A stretch of DNA of 64,000 nt, from the NCBI GenBank assembly GCA_040954595.2, contig CM082595.2, positions 8,352,317 through 8,416,316 of the forward strand. The letters are read 5' to 3'. The translations under genes and the position numbers were made by a program. The DNA comes from Balanoglossus misakiensis (lineage: Eukaryota > Animalia > Hemichordata). The notes under the pieces are model-generated. The model did no database searches and was not told the DNA's origin. It saw only the letters and a program-made list of their open reading frames with translations. How positions within the stretch are numbered: the stretch's first letter is position 1; each line of letters opens with the position of its first letter. Shown here one piece after another: positions 26,401 through 38,705 of the stretch.

Positions 26401-28380
26401 CTTGCAAATTTGCTTCTTTGCTATCGCTTCTAGTATAGTGGCTTGTGGTCGGTGTGAATGGTATAACGTCTACTAAACACGTAGTGCTTGAAGTGTATCG
26501 TTGCCCATACAACAGCTAACATCTCGCGTTCTATGTTGCTGTAGTTAGACTCAGCGGGGGTGAGGGCTTTCGATGCGAAATGGATTGGTTTGCCATTCTG
26601 CAGTAACACAGCACCTAGACCTTTGCATGATGCATCACACTGGATCACGATTTCTTTGCTAGTGTCGAAGTAGGTAAGTACTGGCGCTTTGGTGATAGCA
26701 TTTATCCTGTGTAGTGCTTGGTCGTGGCTTTCAGACCAAATAAACAGGACGTCTTTCTGTAGTAGTTTTCTGAGTGGTTCAGTCAGTGGACTCAGCTTCA
26801 CGAACTTTGACAGATAGTTTACGAGACTGAGGAGTGACTGTAGCTCTTGTTTGTTTGTTGGCGCTTTCAGTTTCTGGATTGCAGCCACTTTAGATGGGTC
26901 GGGCGATACTCCATCTTTGCTCACGATGTGTCCGAACAGCTTAACTCTGTCTTTGTTAAACTGACATTTCTCGCCGTTGAGCTTGACATTGTTCTGTCTG
27001 CAGGCTTTCATGACATTTTGTATGGCTATGTCATGCTGTTGTCTGGATTCGGCAGCAATGAGGATGTCATCCTTTATGTAGTATTCATTGCTGACCTTCT
27101 GGAAAATCCGATCCAGCTCAATCTTGAATACTTCTTGGGCTGAGATGAGTCCAAACGGTAGGCGTGTGAAGCAATATCTGCCGTATATAGTGCTGAATGT
27201 GGTGAGGAGTTGCGATTCCTCATCAAGTGGGATATTCCAATATCCGCTTCTGAGATCAAGTGTTGAGAAGTACTTTGCGTTCTTCAGCTCTGGATGAATG
27301 TCATCAAGAGTTTTCGCGTAGTAGTGTGGACGTTTGATGAACTTGTTAAGTTCGCGTGGGTCCAGACATATGCGTAGGGATCTGTCAGCCTTTGTGACAA
27401 GTACAATGTTGTTGACCCATTCAGTCGGTTCCTGTACTTCCCTGATGACGCCGATTTCAATCAGACGGTCAAGTTCTTGTCTGAGAGGGGTTTTCAGTGC
27501 GTCGGGTGTTCTCCTTGTTGCGTTAACTGTGGGCACTGCTCCATCAGACAGCTGGATTTTGTGTTCATTTTGGATTTTGCCAACACCTTCGAACACATCA
27601 GCGTTGTCATTGATGAAATGTTCCTTGCTGGTGTACGATGCGATTTCTTTCACATCGAATTTCTCAAAGCAGCTGTGTCTATCACAGGGAAATTTCACAA
27701 GTCCTAGCTTGGCGCATAAGCTGAGGCCGAGTAGGTTGTTCCCCTGTTCTGAGATGAAGGACACGACGTTAAGTAGACGGGCGTTTTGATGCTCGATGAC
27801 CGGGACAGTTACTTTCCCATGGTTTGGGAAACGTTTGCCTCCATATCCGCTAAGACGCATATCAGTTGTGTCTGGCTTGTGGTTTGGGCCAAACAGTGTT
27901 CGGTATGTGGTATAGTCATGCGTTTTCTTATCATGCTGATCAGCTGGTTGAGTGTTTTTATTGGTGGTAGAGCGGCATTTCTTTGCCCAGTGGTTGCGTT
28001 TGCCACATTTCCTGCAGTCCTGTCCGAAAGCTGGACATTTTCTTGGCGGGTGGTCCAGGCCACAGTTTCTGCATTCCCCACCTGTGTTTTGCTTCAGCTT
28101 GCTTTGTTTGTGGTTATGCACCTTCGCCCTGGCGGAGTGTACAACTTCTCCTGGTTCAGGCGGCGTTGCTTGCCCCATAGTCTTCAGTGCAGATACATGC
28201 GCATTGGCGGCTTCATAAGTTCTACCGAGGGCTATGGCTTCATTGAGCGTGTATTTTTTAGGCTTTGTTAACAGCTCTTTCTGGAACTCAAGTATTGGCG
28301 TAGCGGCAATGATTAAATAGGTCGAAGGATTCAGTTAAATTGTCCGACTCCCAGTTCATAACCGGTATTTTGTTTGCCAT
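23411..28380 (-). pseudogene. gag-pol remnant (double zinc knuckle, RT, RNase H, integrase), with deletions, frameshifts and an insertion
   Basis: MANKIPVMNWES start; CRNCGLDH..CRKCGKRNH; LDLRSGYW, LPFG, IKDD; CDAS, TDHKPL; HQQHQG, SDNG. Confidence 0.9.
23776..25293. mobile_element. Non-autonomous foldback DNA transposon inserted in the Gypsy integrase C-terminus
   Basis: ~130-bp near-perfect TIRs extending imperfectly to ~190 bp; CCTCCAT duplicated at 23769..23775 and 25294..25300. Confidence 0.9.
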
Positions 28381-28951
28381 GGTCGTTTCGGGAAATGTGC
28401 TCGCTGTGTGTTGCTAGGTATATGCTATACATTAGGCTAGGCTGTGTTCACATCAAAAGTCAACTTACGCCAATTGCTTCGGATTGGGTATCACTCGTCT
28501 TCTGATGTCAACCGTCGCTGGGTCACCATGTTATGTTTACTGACTCGGTGAGATCAGGTAATGTTTTGTGTAACTCGTTTAATGAGAAACTTCAACTGGA
28601 ACACGAACACAACAACTGTACGTTCTGCTAGTACAAGATGGCAGCCATGAACGCGGGAAAAATCATGACCTTACAATGTCATATGAACTCTGCTAGAGGG
28701 CGCTCTATCAAAGCATTGCATGTGGTATGCTATAGTGAGATTATAGGTATATCATAACAGACATTTTTTTTTATTTAATTTATTTAATTTAATTTGGGCG
28801 ATAAAGAATTTTACAGCGCTCAAAAAACAGATGCTGATACATTTAAAGGTACAGATACAGATTCAGTAACAAATATTACATATTAAATTGTGGTATATAT
28901 TAAATTGTTGTATATGCAATTTCAAAGGAGATTCTCAAGTTACAGATATCA

Positions 28952-31900
28952 TTATACATCAACATTTTCCCATTTCAGTAAAGCATTCTCTATACAGTTA
29001 TTTCTTTTGGCAATATACATTTCCACTTTCTTCATAATTCGTACATATATTTTCACAATATTGAAGGAAGGGAGACCTTACAATCATAAATAGTATTCTT
29101 TGTGACAAGTATTACGTGATTTAAAAGTGAATTAAGAGATGCATCTCCCAAGAGAATTTGTTTAGCGGAAAGATTAGGAGGTGCATCAAGTGCAGAGCCC
29201 CACAGGAGCAAAAAGCTTCTCCATAAAGTTTGTACACATTCACACTCTACAAATAGATGAAGAATGGTCTCGTCGACTTTTTGACAAAAAGTACAAAGAC
29301 TACTGTTAACTCTGGGAGGATTCATACGAAACAAAATATGGTTTTTACATAAAACATTATGATTTAACTTCCACTGGAACTCTTGCAATTTTTTTTTCTA
29401 TTGTGACCTTGAATGGTAGTGCAAAAATATGACACCACTCATTTTTGTCCACAGTTAAAAAACTGTGAAAAGTACAGCACACTCTTTGGAGGAAATACAT
29501 AACTTGCTGTGAAAAGTTTTCTAATATTTTTCACCGTACACTTCCTCAATGGCATAACTTTGTTACAAATTATTACACTGATAGGCAATTCTGGCCTAAT
29601 TACTTCCACATTACATTTCTTCCAATTTGATGGAATTGACTGTAAAATACCTTGCCATTGTAAAAGATGGTTAAGAGTACATCCCATAGCAGATAAATCA
29701 ATCCACGTTTTCAAATTATTGTATTGATTAAAGATGTCTACAATGTACACTATACCTTTTTGGAAGAAAAGCTTATTAAAAATTCAACAATTGTTAATGA
29801 GAATTTCTTTGTTGTCCCAAATGATTTGTTGCGTAATACCAAAATAATTACAAGGATTAATGTCACTCCAAAATTCCAACATTTCAATGACAAAGTCTGG
29901 TAGTTGAATGGGAAGAGGTTTTACACTGTAGTTACACCTGAAAATGAGTCTGCCACCAATTGGTTGCAGAAAAAAATCCAAAATTAGTTTCCATGGGAGC
30001 TTTGTCTCAGACACGTAGCGCTTAATCCATGAAATTTTAAAAGCTTTGTACAATGCAAAAATGTCTATCATGCCTATTCCCCCTTCTCTAATATCACCGA
30101 TTATCGTATTTCTGCTGACCCTATCAGGGCCATTCCAAATAAATTTGTGGATGACATTGTTAATTGTTTTGATATCTGAGAATTTGATATTTATAAGGTT
30201 GAAAATGTACAGAAACTTGGAAATGATCAATGTTTTAACAATCTGGATTTTACCAATTAAGGTAAGCCCTCTGGACCGCCAGTGGCAAAGCAAACGTGAC
30301 ATTTATAAGCAGCAGCAAGGTTATAAGAAAAGAAAATGCCCACAATTTTAATTGGCGTCTCTGGCCATTTTATACCAAAAGGTTTATCCTCTCTGTGCCT
30401 CCCTTTGCCAAGCCACATAGCTTCCGTTTTGTTACGATTTATACATAAACCAGATGCTAAATGAAAATTGTTTAAAAGAGAAAAAAGATTCACAGCAGAT
30501 GTTTCGTCTGCCAAGAAACATGTCAGATCATCTGCAAATGCAGCATTTTTGATTTCTTTGTTTAATATACCAATGCCATGAATATTATCATTTTGTTGAA
30601 AAGCAACTGAAAGTACTTCCAACCCAATGATAAAAAGAGCTGGGGATAGAGGGTCTCCTTGACGAACACATCGCTGTAAATCAAAATATCCTGTTGAGAG
30701 GCCACAATTAAGAACACAGCTGGTTGGATGTGAATAAAAAGTGCGAATCCAATTCATAAGAGAAGGGCCAACATTTAAAGCTTCAAGAGCTTTATACAGA
30801 AATGGCCATTCTAGGCTGTCAAAAGCCTTCTCAAAAGCTACTGCCATAAGAATACCAGGTAAGTTTTCCATTTTTGTAAACTCCAAAATGCTATCTATGA
30901 TTCTTACACAATCACCTATTTGACGACCCTTTATAAAAGCACACTGGGTCTCATTAATAATATTATGCAAGATCTTGTCTAAACGTCTAGAAATACATTT
31001 CGCACCAATCTTGTAATCAACATTTAAGAGTGTAATGTGCCTCCAGTTTTTAACAAAACGTTTGTCTTTACCCTTTTTCTCAATGAGAGTGATAACACCT
31101 TGCTTCTGACTGTTTGACAAAACACCCATCTCATAACCTTTGTTTAAAGAATTAACAACATAGTAACCTATAAGAGGCCAAAATTTCATATAAAATTCAA
31201 CAGACAGGCCATCATTACCTGGAGTTTTGTTTGATGGCATACTAGAGAGGGCCTGGAACGCTTCATTATAAGTGATGAGGCCATCACAAGAGGCGCTATC
31301 TGTATCAGTTAACATGGGCAAGTTTACCATGTTGAAAAAGTCAGTAATGGAGTTCAGATTTTCATGATTTTGTTTACTATGATAAAGCTTGGAATAAAAA
31401 GACTTAAGTTCTCCTAAAATCTCTTGAGAGTCCGTAATCCTCCTCCCTTCATCATTTATAATTTGGACAATGTGGGACTTCTTAGAATTAACCTTTTCCA
31501 AACTAAGAAAATAATTTGTATTCTTTTCCCCCAGCTCATACCAGTTTGCTCTTGAACGAATAATGCTACCTTCAACAACGTAATCTAATTCTATCTGCAA
31601 TTCCTTTCTTATACATTCAATCTCATCCCTAATCTCATTGGATGGATCAGAAGCTAGAGCTACCTCCATATGGGTAAGCTTGGTCTCAAGCTCAGAAATA
31701 TTATCTCTTCTAGCTTTTGCCTTTTGTTTCCCATAAGAAAGAGAGGCTGTCTTAATTTTGTACTTCAAAAAATCCCAAACTTGAATTGGCTCTTGAGAGT
31801 GCTACTCATCTACCCAATTTTCAAAGTTGCCATAAATAAGTTTGATAAACTGATCATCTAGAAGAAAGCTATTATTGAACTTCCAGTAGGAACGCCCAAG

Positions 31901-32638
31901 CCTGGCTCGACTATCACCAATGGAAAGAGTAATTGCAGAATGGTCACTATAATTACAAGAAATGATATCTGTATCTGAGACAGCTTGCTGCAGAGAGCTG
32001 CTCACTAAGAAATAATCTAAATGACTCTGAATTAACTCGGGACGCAATTTGCTCCAGGTAAAACGTCTCGTGGAAGGATTACGGACTCTCCAAATATCCG
32101 AAAGATCAAATTTAGCACAAAGCTCACTCAAAATAGTAGCTGACTTTTTCCACGTGGTTGGGTTTCCACCTTTCCTGTCAAGTTAGGATTTATAGTCATA
32201 TTATGATCCCTTACCCAAATAATCTCTCTATCTGGTTCTATTTCCATAGCATAAAGCATTTCAGTGATCTGTGAAAGATATGAAACATGCTCAGTTTCAT
32301 TATTTGGACCATAACAATTTATGAGTAAATACGGCTTTTCAAAAATATCTTCTGAAATAATAATCCGACAATCTTTATCGGTACTTACATTATAAATAGA
32401 GAAATGTACATTTCTAAAAATAACAAGTACACCTCTACTATTGGAGGTACCGTGTGAAAAAAAAATGGCCAGGGAGTAGACTTGGCCACAGCTGTTCATC
32501 TTTAGGCACACTATGAGTTTCTTGAAGGAAAATGATATTTGGATTTTTCTTTTGCAACCACTGAAAAACACCTTTTCGTTTCTTATAGTTAGCAATACCA
32601 CGCACATTTGCTGAAATTACATTATAGTTCTCTGACAT
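28952..32638 (-). pseudogene. LINE ORF2 (APE endonuclease, RT, Zn-binding domain), multiply frameshifted
   Basis: SANVRGI, FLQETH, SDHSAI, YWKFN, PGNDGL, FEKAFD, RQGDPLSP, FADD, CTFC..ETILHLFVEC. Confidence 0.93.
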
Positions 32639-33145
32639 CAAATTTGACAGAAAATAACTGTACAAAGATGCACTGAATTTTTTCTAAATCTCCCAAAATT
32701 TTCAAAATAGAAAAGAAAAAAGGAAAAAAAATGAACTCTACAAAGAGCTCAGCAAAGACCGAAAACAAAAGAAAAACAAAACAACAGGCAAGGTGGAGGA
32801 TCTGGTACATGGCGTAAAGCAATTTAGGGAGGTGTGGGGAAAGAATATCTCCCCAACAGCGATAACCATAGTCAAAAGCATAATTGACTAATGCAGTAAA
32901 ATGAGAAAAGAGAGAGAGAGAAAAAACAAGACATGAATGATCACAACATCGAATAACAGGTCAACAAAAAGCATTTCTCTAATGGCAGGTGTCCATGTAT
33001 ACAGACAAGTAAAAGAGGACTGATCACCAGTAGCGACATTGCTCTCACACTGACATCAAAAGGATATGATAAACAAGTCAATGTCTTTGCTGGTAATCTT
33101 GTGGTGAAGGCGTGTATTTTGAGTTGTTGATGTAGAGTTGACCAT

Positions 33146-33918
33146 TTACGAACTTGACTTTCTTTTTTTCGTTGTACGGAGGCTTTGCTTGACTTTATAG
33201 TCCGCTGGGCACAAGTCTGGTTTGACAAAAATGTCCGTACCTCTGAAAGCCGTACGCCAGTTTCTCAGTAGTTCACTCCGCTGTACTCGAAGAGGGAGTT
33301 TAACGATGATATGCCTCGGTTTGCCAGATTTACTGCGAGTGTCTTTCACACTTGGACTGCGTTGGGCATTGTCAATCAAAATGTCCGCCATCTTGAACTT
33401 TTCTGCAGCGAGTCTCTTTATGGTTTCAATGCAATTTCATCATCTTTTTAGGGTATGCCTCCAATACGGAGATTGTAGTTTCGGGAGTATCTTTCAAGCC
33501 TTGTCACCGAACTCTCAACTTGTTCATTTCTTTTGGTAAACTCCTCTAATTTTGTTTGAAGTTTCTGAAAATCTGCCTTAAACTCCACGTTCTCTCCCTT
33601 CAGCGTATCTATGTCGTCATCTGCATACTGCATGGCCTTTTCAAGTTCAGTGTATTTCGTTTCAACAAGTTTCATTCTTTCAGATAGCTTTCGTTGTTCA
33701 GTTATAATCGTTGAAACCCGGTCAGATATCGAGCCCACTTTCTCCTCTAAGTTCTGCAGACATTCCTTCATTAAGGCTTTCAGCGAGTCACGAGAGAAGC
33801 CACTCTCACCTTCTCGCACGCACGGTTCTGATGTACCGCCGCCATCTTTGAAGTACGCTGCGATGTCTTGGTTGTCCGTACCGACTTTTTTGCTCTTATT
33901 TCGGGTTGCGTTTGCCAT
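33146..33918 (-). pseudogene. LINE ORF1 (coiled coil + RRM-like), frameshifted
   Basis: Coiled coil then LERYSRNYNLRIGGIP, PRHIIVK, IFVKPDL. Confidence 0.88.
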
Positions 33919-35340
33919 ATCGCTTCCAGGTCCGCTACAAGCGTTCTAGGTAACTTTAAATCAGTAACAGTAACGTCAAATGTTAAACCTGGTGGACTAT
34001 TACCATGAAATTTCGACCTGCTTTTAGTGACGGTGTGACCACACTGTTCACTCCAGCGCCATGACCTATGACCCCTGTAACATAACAGACATAGTAGTCA
34101 AAGTCCAGTATGTGTTTAAAATGATACCCTGGTCACACACAGTGACAAATATCAGCCTTTGACTATTGTGTCAAATTATCTAATTTGTGCATTGTTAATA
34201 ACCCACTGTGAAGTTTAGTCCAGGTAATTCTTTTTCAGTGTGGAAACATACTATACTTTGAATACATGTTGCATATGGAGTGTTGGAGGTTATAGTTGGA
34301 TGCAGTTTTCCAAGCAATTAGGAAATTTTTATATATCGCTTTATACTATTTCATTGGTTGATAAACATCATGATTCTTCACGTCACGATGAAAACTGAAA
34401 AATAAAAATGTTGCTTTATATGCACCAAAAACTATTTTTTTCACCATTGCTATGAAAAATAAAGCACAAAAAACGTAACACTTTACATCTTACAGTAAAG
34501 GGCATTGCCTGTCGATGTGATACACTTTATCATATAACTTCAAAACTGGTAGCTAGGGCAGTGTTTGCACAGAGGAGTCCCTTAAATGCCTTCGCTCATT
34601 CACACCTCTTCAGTGATGATGCCTGGATTATATTGACATGAAGCTGTTTGTTCAGCAGTGTTTCAACTGCCAGCCACCTGAGTTCATTTTAACACCCAAA
34701 CACTGAAAATATTGTAGCAATCAATAATATAACCTACACGCGGGGTAAAAGTCATCGTGTTTTAAAGTTATGTTGATGCCTGATGTGCATTGTGACTCAC
34801 GGGGCATGCAAGGGTAAAGCTTGTCCAAAGTTGACAAAGCAAAATACCAGACTAAGTGCCTGTTTTAAAATGTACCTCTTTCCAAGGACCTTGGTGACGA
34901 GGCATAAATTTGGGAACGTTCACGGGACCCATTTTTTCACTGGACCCGCACATGTAATTATATAACCATGAAATTGAACTGTTCCCGGGAGCTACCGAGT
35001 GTTGCCTTGTTTCACCCGCAGGTTACTAGCTAGGGTTTTTACACTGCCGGCAGTAGTTCCAAAAAACTAGCTACACTGCGTAGTGATTGGTTGACTATAT
35101 ATGAATATGCATGAGGTCTGGTTTATAAGGTTCTACCCAGATGTAGTGCCCATGCCTTCTCACGGCGGAGCGTGACAGAGAGCATATTCCGTGTACCTCG
35201 CTCGTCATCAAGTTTTCTAGGTGGAATTCAGAATGGCAACTACAACCACAAAAGCAACAGTTGTAACAGCACTGCAAACACCAGTTCTCAATACTTTGGC
35301 TGTGAGTAGAATGTCTACAACCAGGACTGCGACTGCCAAT

Positions 35341-37119
35341 ACCACGAGCAGAATGGGTTTCGAAGTGACAGATCATGTGAAGATCACATTTTCACGCTCA
35401 CTTCCATTATCAGAAATAGGCTTTCAAATGGTCTTTCTACTTTTGCTACTTTTATTGATTTAAAAAAAGCCTTTGATTATGTGGATAGATCTGCGCTTCT
35501 GTATAAACTATTACTCCATGGTATTGATGGCAAAATGTATAGCAGTATTAAGACAATGTACTCTGACACCTTATCATGTGTTAAGGTAAATGATATGTAT
35601 ACAGACTGGTTTACTACAAACATTGGAGTAAGGCAGGGAGACAATTTGTCACCCTCTTTATTTTCATTTTTTATTAATGACTTAGCAGTTGAGCTTAAAT
35701 CATTGAACAAAGGTATTTCTATTGATAACTGTAATATCTGTATATTGTTATATGCCGACGACATTGTCTTGATTTCGGATAATGAACTTGATATGCAAGC
35801 AATGCTTGACCATGTTGATGATTGGTGCTCCAAGTGGCGTCTTCTAGTTAATTGTAGTAAATCAAAAGTTGTCCATTTTAGGAAAGAAACCATGACAAAA
35901 AGTGCATTTGATTTTCATCTTGGTGTAAATTCTGTTGAATATGCTCAGAAGTACAAATACCTTGGGATTGTATTAAGTGAATTTTTGGATTTTTCTGTTA
36001 CTTCAGAAGCGTTGTCACAAGCTGCCAATAGAGCATTGGGTGCCTTGAATTCAAAAGTTAAAGTTTTGAAAAACTTTGGCTTTGAATCCTATACAAAACT
36101 ATATAATGCATGTGTTACCCCTATACTAGATTACTGCTGTGCAATTTGGGGGTTCAGAAAACATGATAAATGTGATGTAGTCCAAAACCGTGCCTTAAGA
36201 TTTTATTTGGGGGTTCATAGGTTTACTCCAACTCATGCAATTATAGGTGATACTGGTTGGTACTCTTGTAGAAATCGCAGACATATTAACATGATTCGTT
36301 ATTGGAATAGGCTTCTGGCCATGGACGAACAAAGACTTACAAAAAGGGTCTTCTTGTGGGACTTTGCCTTAAATGATTACAATAATTGGTCAAATGAAAT
36401 CTGTCAGATTTTTGATATTTTAAACGTAGATGTGGAAAACCTATTGTACATTAATATTCCTATGGTTAAAAGAAAGTTGTTATCAATGCTCGAGTCCGAT
36501 TGGCTTGAGAATGCTAGACAAAAAGCTAAGTTACGTACTTATATTCTATTGAAATCTACTTATAGTGCAGAAAGTTATGTTACGTTGAATCTGTCCCGTC
36601 GACAACGTTCGTTGACAGCACAAATTCGTGCCGGTGTATTGCCTCTTCGGATTGAAACTGGAAGATTTCGTCACGAGAGTTTAGATAGAAGGCTTTGTGA
36701 ATTTTGTCAGAGTAATTCTATTGAAAATGAGAGTCACTTTCTATTGCATTGTCCATTTTATGATGATTTAAGGGTATCTTATATGAAATGTCTTACGGAT
36801 GTACGAATTGGTGATATTCCAGACGTGGAAAAGCTGAAGTTATTATTTGAACAAATTAACGTTAGAAATACAGCAAAATATATCGAAAAAGCATTTCTTC
36901 GAAGGAAAGAAAGACTGTATAGGCTCAATTAGCATGCATGATTTGTACATTTGTCACTGTGTATTGTACACCCATCTTTTTCTATTTTTTGCTTGGATCT
37001 TTAAAGTGACATATAAGTCCATTGGGCTGGGAGGTTTTCCTATTCAGATTATTATCTTCACTGTAAAGAATTTGTAATTGACCTCATGTCACTATAATAA
37101 ACTATCTATCTATCTATCT
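35341..37119 (+). mobile_element. 5'-truncated CR1/L2-group LINE with open RT-to-C-terminus frame (to 36932)
   Basis: EQNGFR..FIDLKKAFD, GVRQGDNLSP, YADD, YKYLG, CEFC..HFLLHCPFY; AATAAA + (CTAT)n tail; possible AAT duplication. Confidence 0.93.
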
Positions 37120-37341
37120 AATGCTACTGTCGCTCTTACCAGTACCCGAACAGCCTCAACGGGTACCAGCCAAGTGCAACCAGTCGATGCGGTAAGTTTC
37201 ACCTTGCAGATCGAATATTATTTGGTGCATGTTGCTGTGTTGTCTTTCCACAGCCAGCTTGTATTCTGATATTCTACGTTCAAGACCGAAGATATTATCG
37301 GGAACTGGGACTGGAGTCATTTCGAATGAGAATGTGATGTA

Positions 37342-37708
37342 TTTGGGTCTGACGAAAGAGAAGTGATTTTTGAGTCGTCCCCATGAAGAGTTATAAATAT
37401 GGTTGTGGGTATGACGAATTGACAGTTGGTAATGCCGAAGAAACTGAGTATTGAGTCGTCCCCATGGAAAGTTTTGAAAAACGGTTTTGGGTTGACGAAT
37501 TTACCGTTGTTAATGGAGAAGAAACTTGAGTCGTCCCCATGAAAAACCTGAGACTGTAATGAATGGTAATGAAGGTGACGAGTCGTCCCCAAGTGTTTTT
37601 CTTTTCGTATTTGGGTTTGACGAGTCTGGAATCGGTGTACTCGTTACATAATGTGAAAAGGTAGCCGGATTGGTCATGGCAGGTTGTAACATTTGGGTTG
37701 ACGAATTA
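37342..37708 (+). repeat. Array of conserved complementary motifs with variable spacers
   Basis: GAGTCGTCCCCA at 37372, 37453, 37528, 37580; TGGGT(N)TGACGA at 37344, 37406, 37488, 37612, 37694. Confidence 0.85.
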
Positions 37709-38705
37709 TCGAGCGCTAGTTGGAATGAATATGACTGCTGCAGAGGAAAATATTGCAGGTTGACTGTGAATGGGTGTGGCCAGAAATAATTGTCATGTAA
37801 ATTACACGCTAAACGTGCGGCATACCCCAGGTGCTAAGGTTTATGCTTTGATTGGTGCATTGCAGGGACCCGCACATACTCGAAGACCGGAGATGTCAAG
37901 TGGCCCTCGACTGGAATCCTACGACAGGTTCGAAAGATATCTGACAGAGTTGCGGTTGTATGCTGAACGGGACGAAGCAGCTTTTAGTCCAGAAGAAGCT
38001 TTGGCTCGCCTGGAAATGCTCGTGGACATATCGATGGATATAGGACATAAGGACTATCATAAATACGTAGCCATGTTACGGGCTCTGCGTAAAGAGAGGC
38101 AATCACCCGCTATGCCTCAGATGTTGCTTTCCCTACTTGGATCAGGTGCACATGCAGAGATCTTAGAGAAAATTGCAAAAGTGAAGAAAGCCGTTGGTAA
38201 TACCCTTTCAAATGCTGGTCGCAGAGAGAATAGAGAAAGATCAAGTTTGCGATGTTGGAAGTGTAATAGAATTGGACATATAGCTAGGTTTTGTTATGGT
38301 AGACATGATAGGTATGATCGCTACGATAGATTTGATAGATATGATGATGGGAGAAGGGAATCTTACCGTTCCCGTTCAGGTAGAGATACCAAATAGGTTA
38401 TTGCTATTAGTACAGGTTTACGGTGATTTGCCTGCCTGATGTATGGCTACATATGATATAAAGCGAACACCTTGGCTGGAATTCTATAGTGTCTATTGTA
38501 TTGTAACACAGAATTGATAATGATGATTAATGCATCTTTAGAATGTATTTTAAAGTGTTTTAGTTGCTGCTCGGTATAGACAGCGCCCTCGTTGGTACCA
38601 GCCCTATTACTTACGTTTTTGTATTACTGCGCATGCGCAATTGATACGGCTGTACTGCCGCGCTCATCAACGGACTCGTTACTTAGTCTTGCAAGAGACC
38701 AAAAT

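Larger units (their letters stand above)
22918..28759 (-). mobile_element. Ty3/Gypsy LTR retrotransposon (Mag-like), degenerate
   Basis: 231-bp LTRs 22918..23148 and 28529..28759 (TG..CA, several mismatches); PBS TGGTGACCCAGCGACG (tRNA-Trp-like); PPT AAGGAGGGGGA; TSD GACAC/GACAT. Confidence 0.93.
28765..34080 (-). mobile_element. Full-length L1-group (Tx1-like) LINE
   Basis: Poly(T) tail at 28764; TSD CATAACAGACA(T) at 28753 and 34081; 5' UTR, ORF1, spacer and ORF2 all present. Confidence 0.94.
15387..34330. repeat. Diverged long repeat, copy 1 (host pieces 15387..15613, 16409..16460, 20752..22917, 34088..~34330) split by four insertions
   Basis: Host pieces are collinear with 43851..~45830; internal sub-repeats GACAAACTGTGTTATG / GTTGCCTAATTTG. 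Confidence 0.85.
35233..38396 (+). pseudogene. Spliced gag-like gene (Thr-rich exon + CCHC exon) disrupted by a LINE; probably ORF1 of a YR retrotransposon
   Basis: 35233..35340 + 37123..37191 read in one frame once the LINE is removed; GTAAGT donor 37192; TTGCAG acceptor 37865 joins in phase 0 to ORF with CWKCNRIGHIARFC. Confidence 0.7.

Noticed and set aside
35221-35463. 80-aa ORF as an independent gene
   Set aside because: It is the Thr-rich exon running out of frame into the LINE 5' end
37342-37708. CRISPR array or canonical hammerhead/SECIS/box C-D RNA
   Set aside because: Repeats are only ~12 bp with irregular spacing, no cas genes, eukaryotic context; no complete CUGANGA..GAAA core, no selenoprotein 3' UTR context, and box C/D terminal stems do not fit
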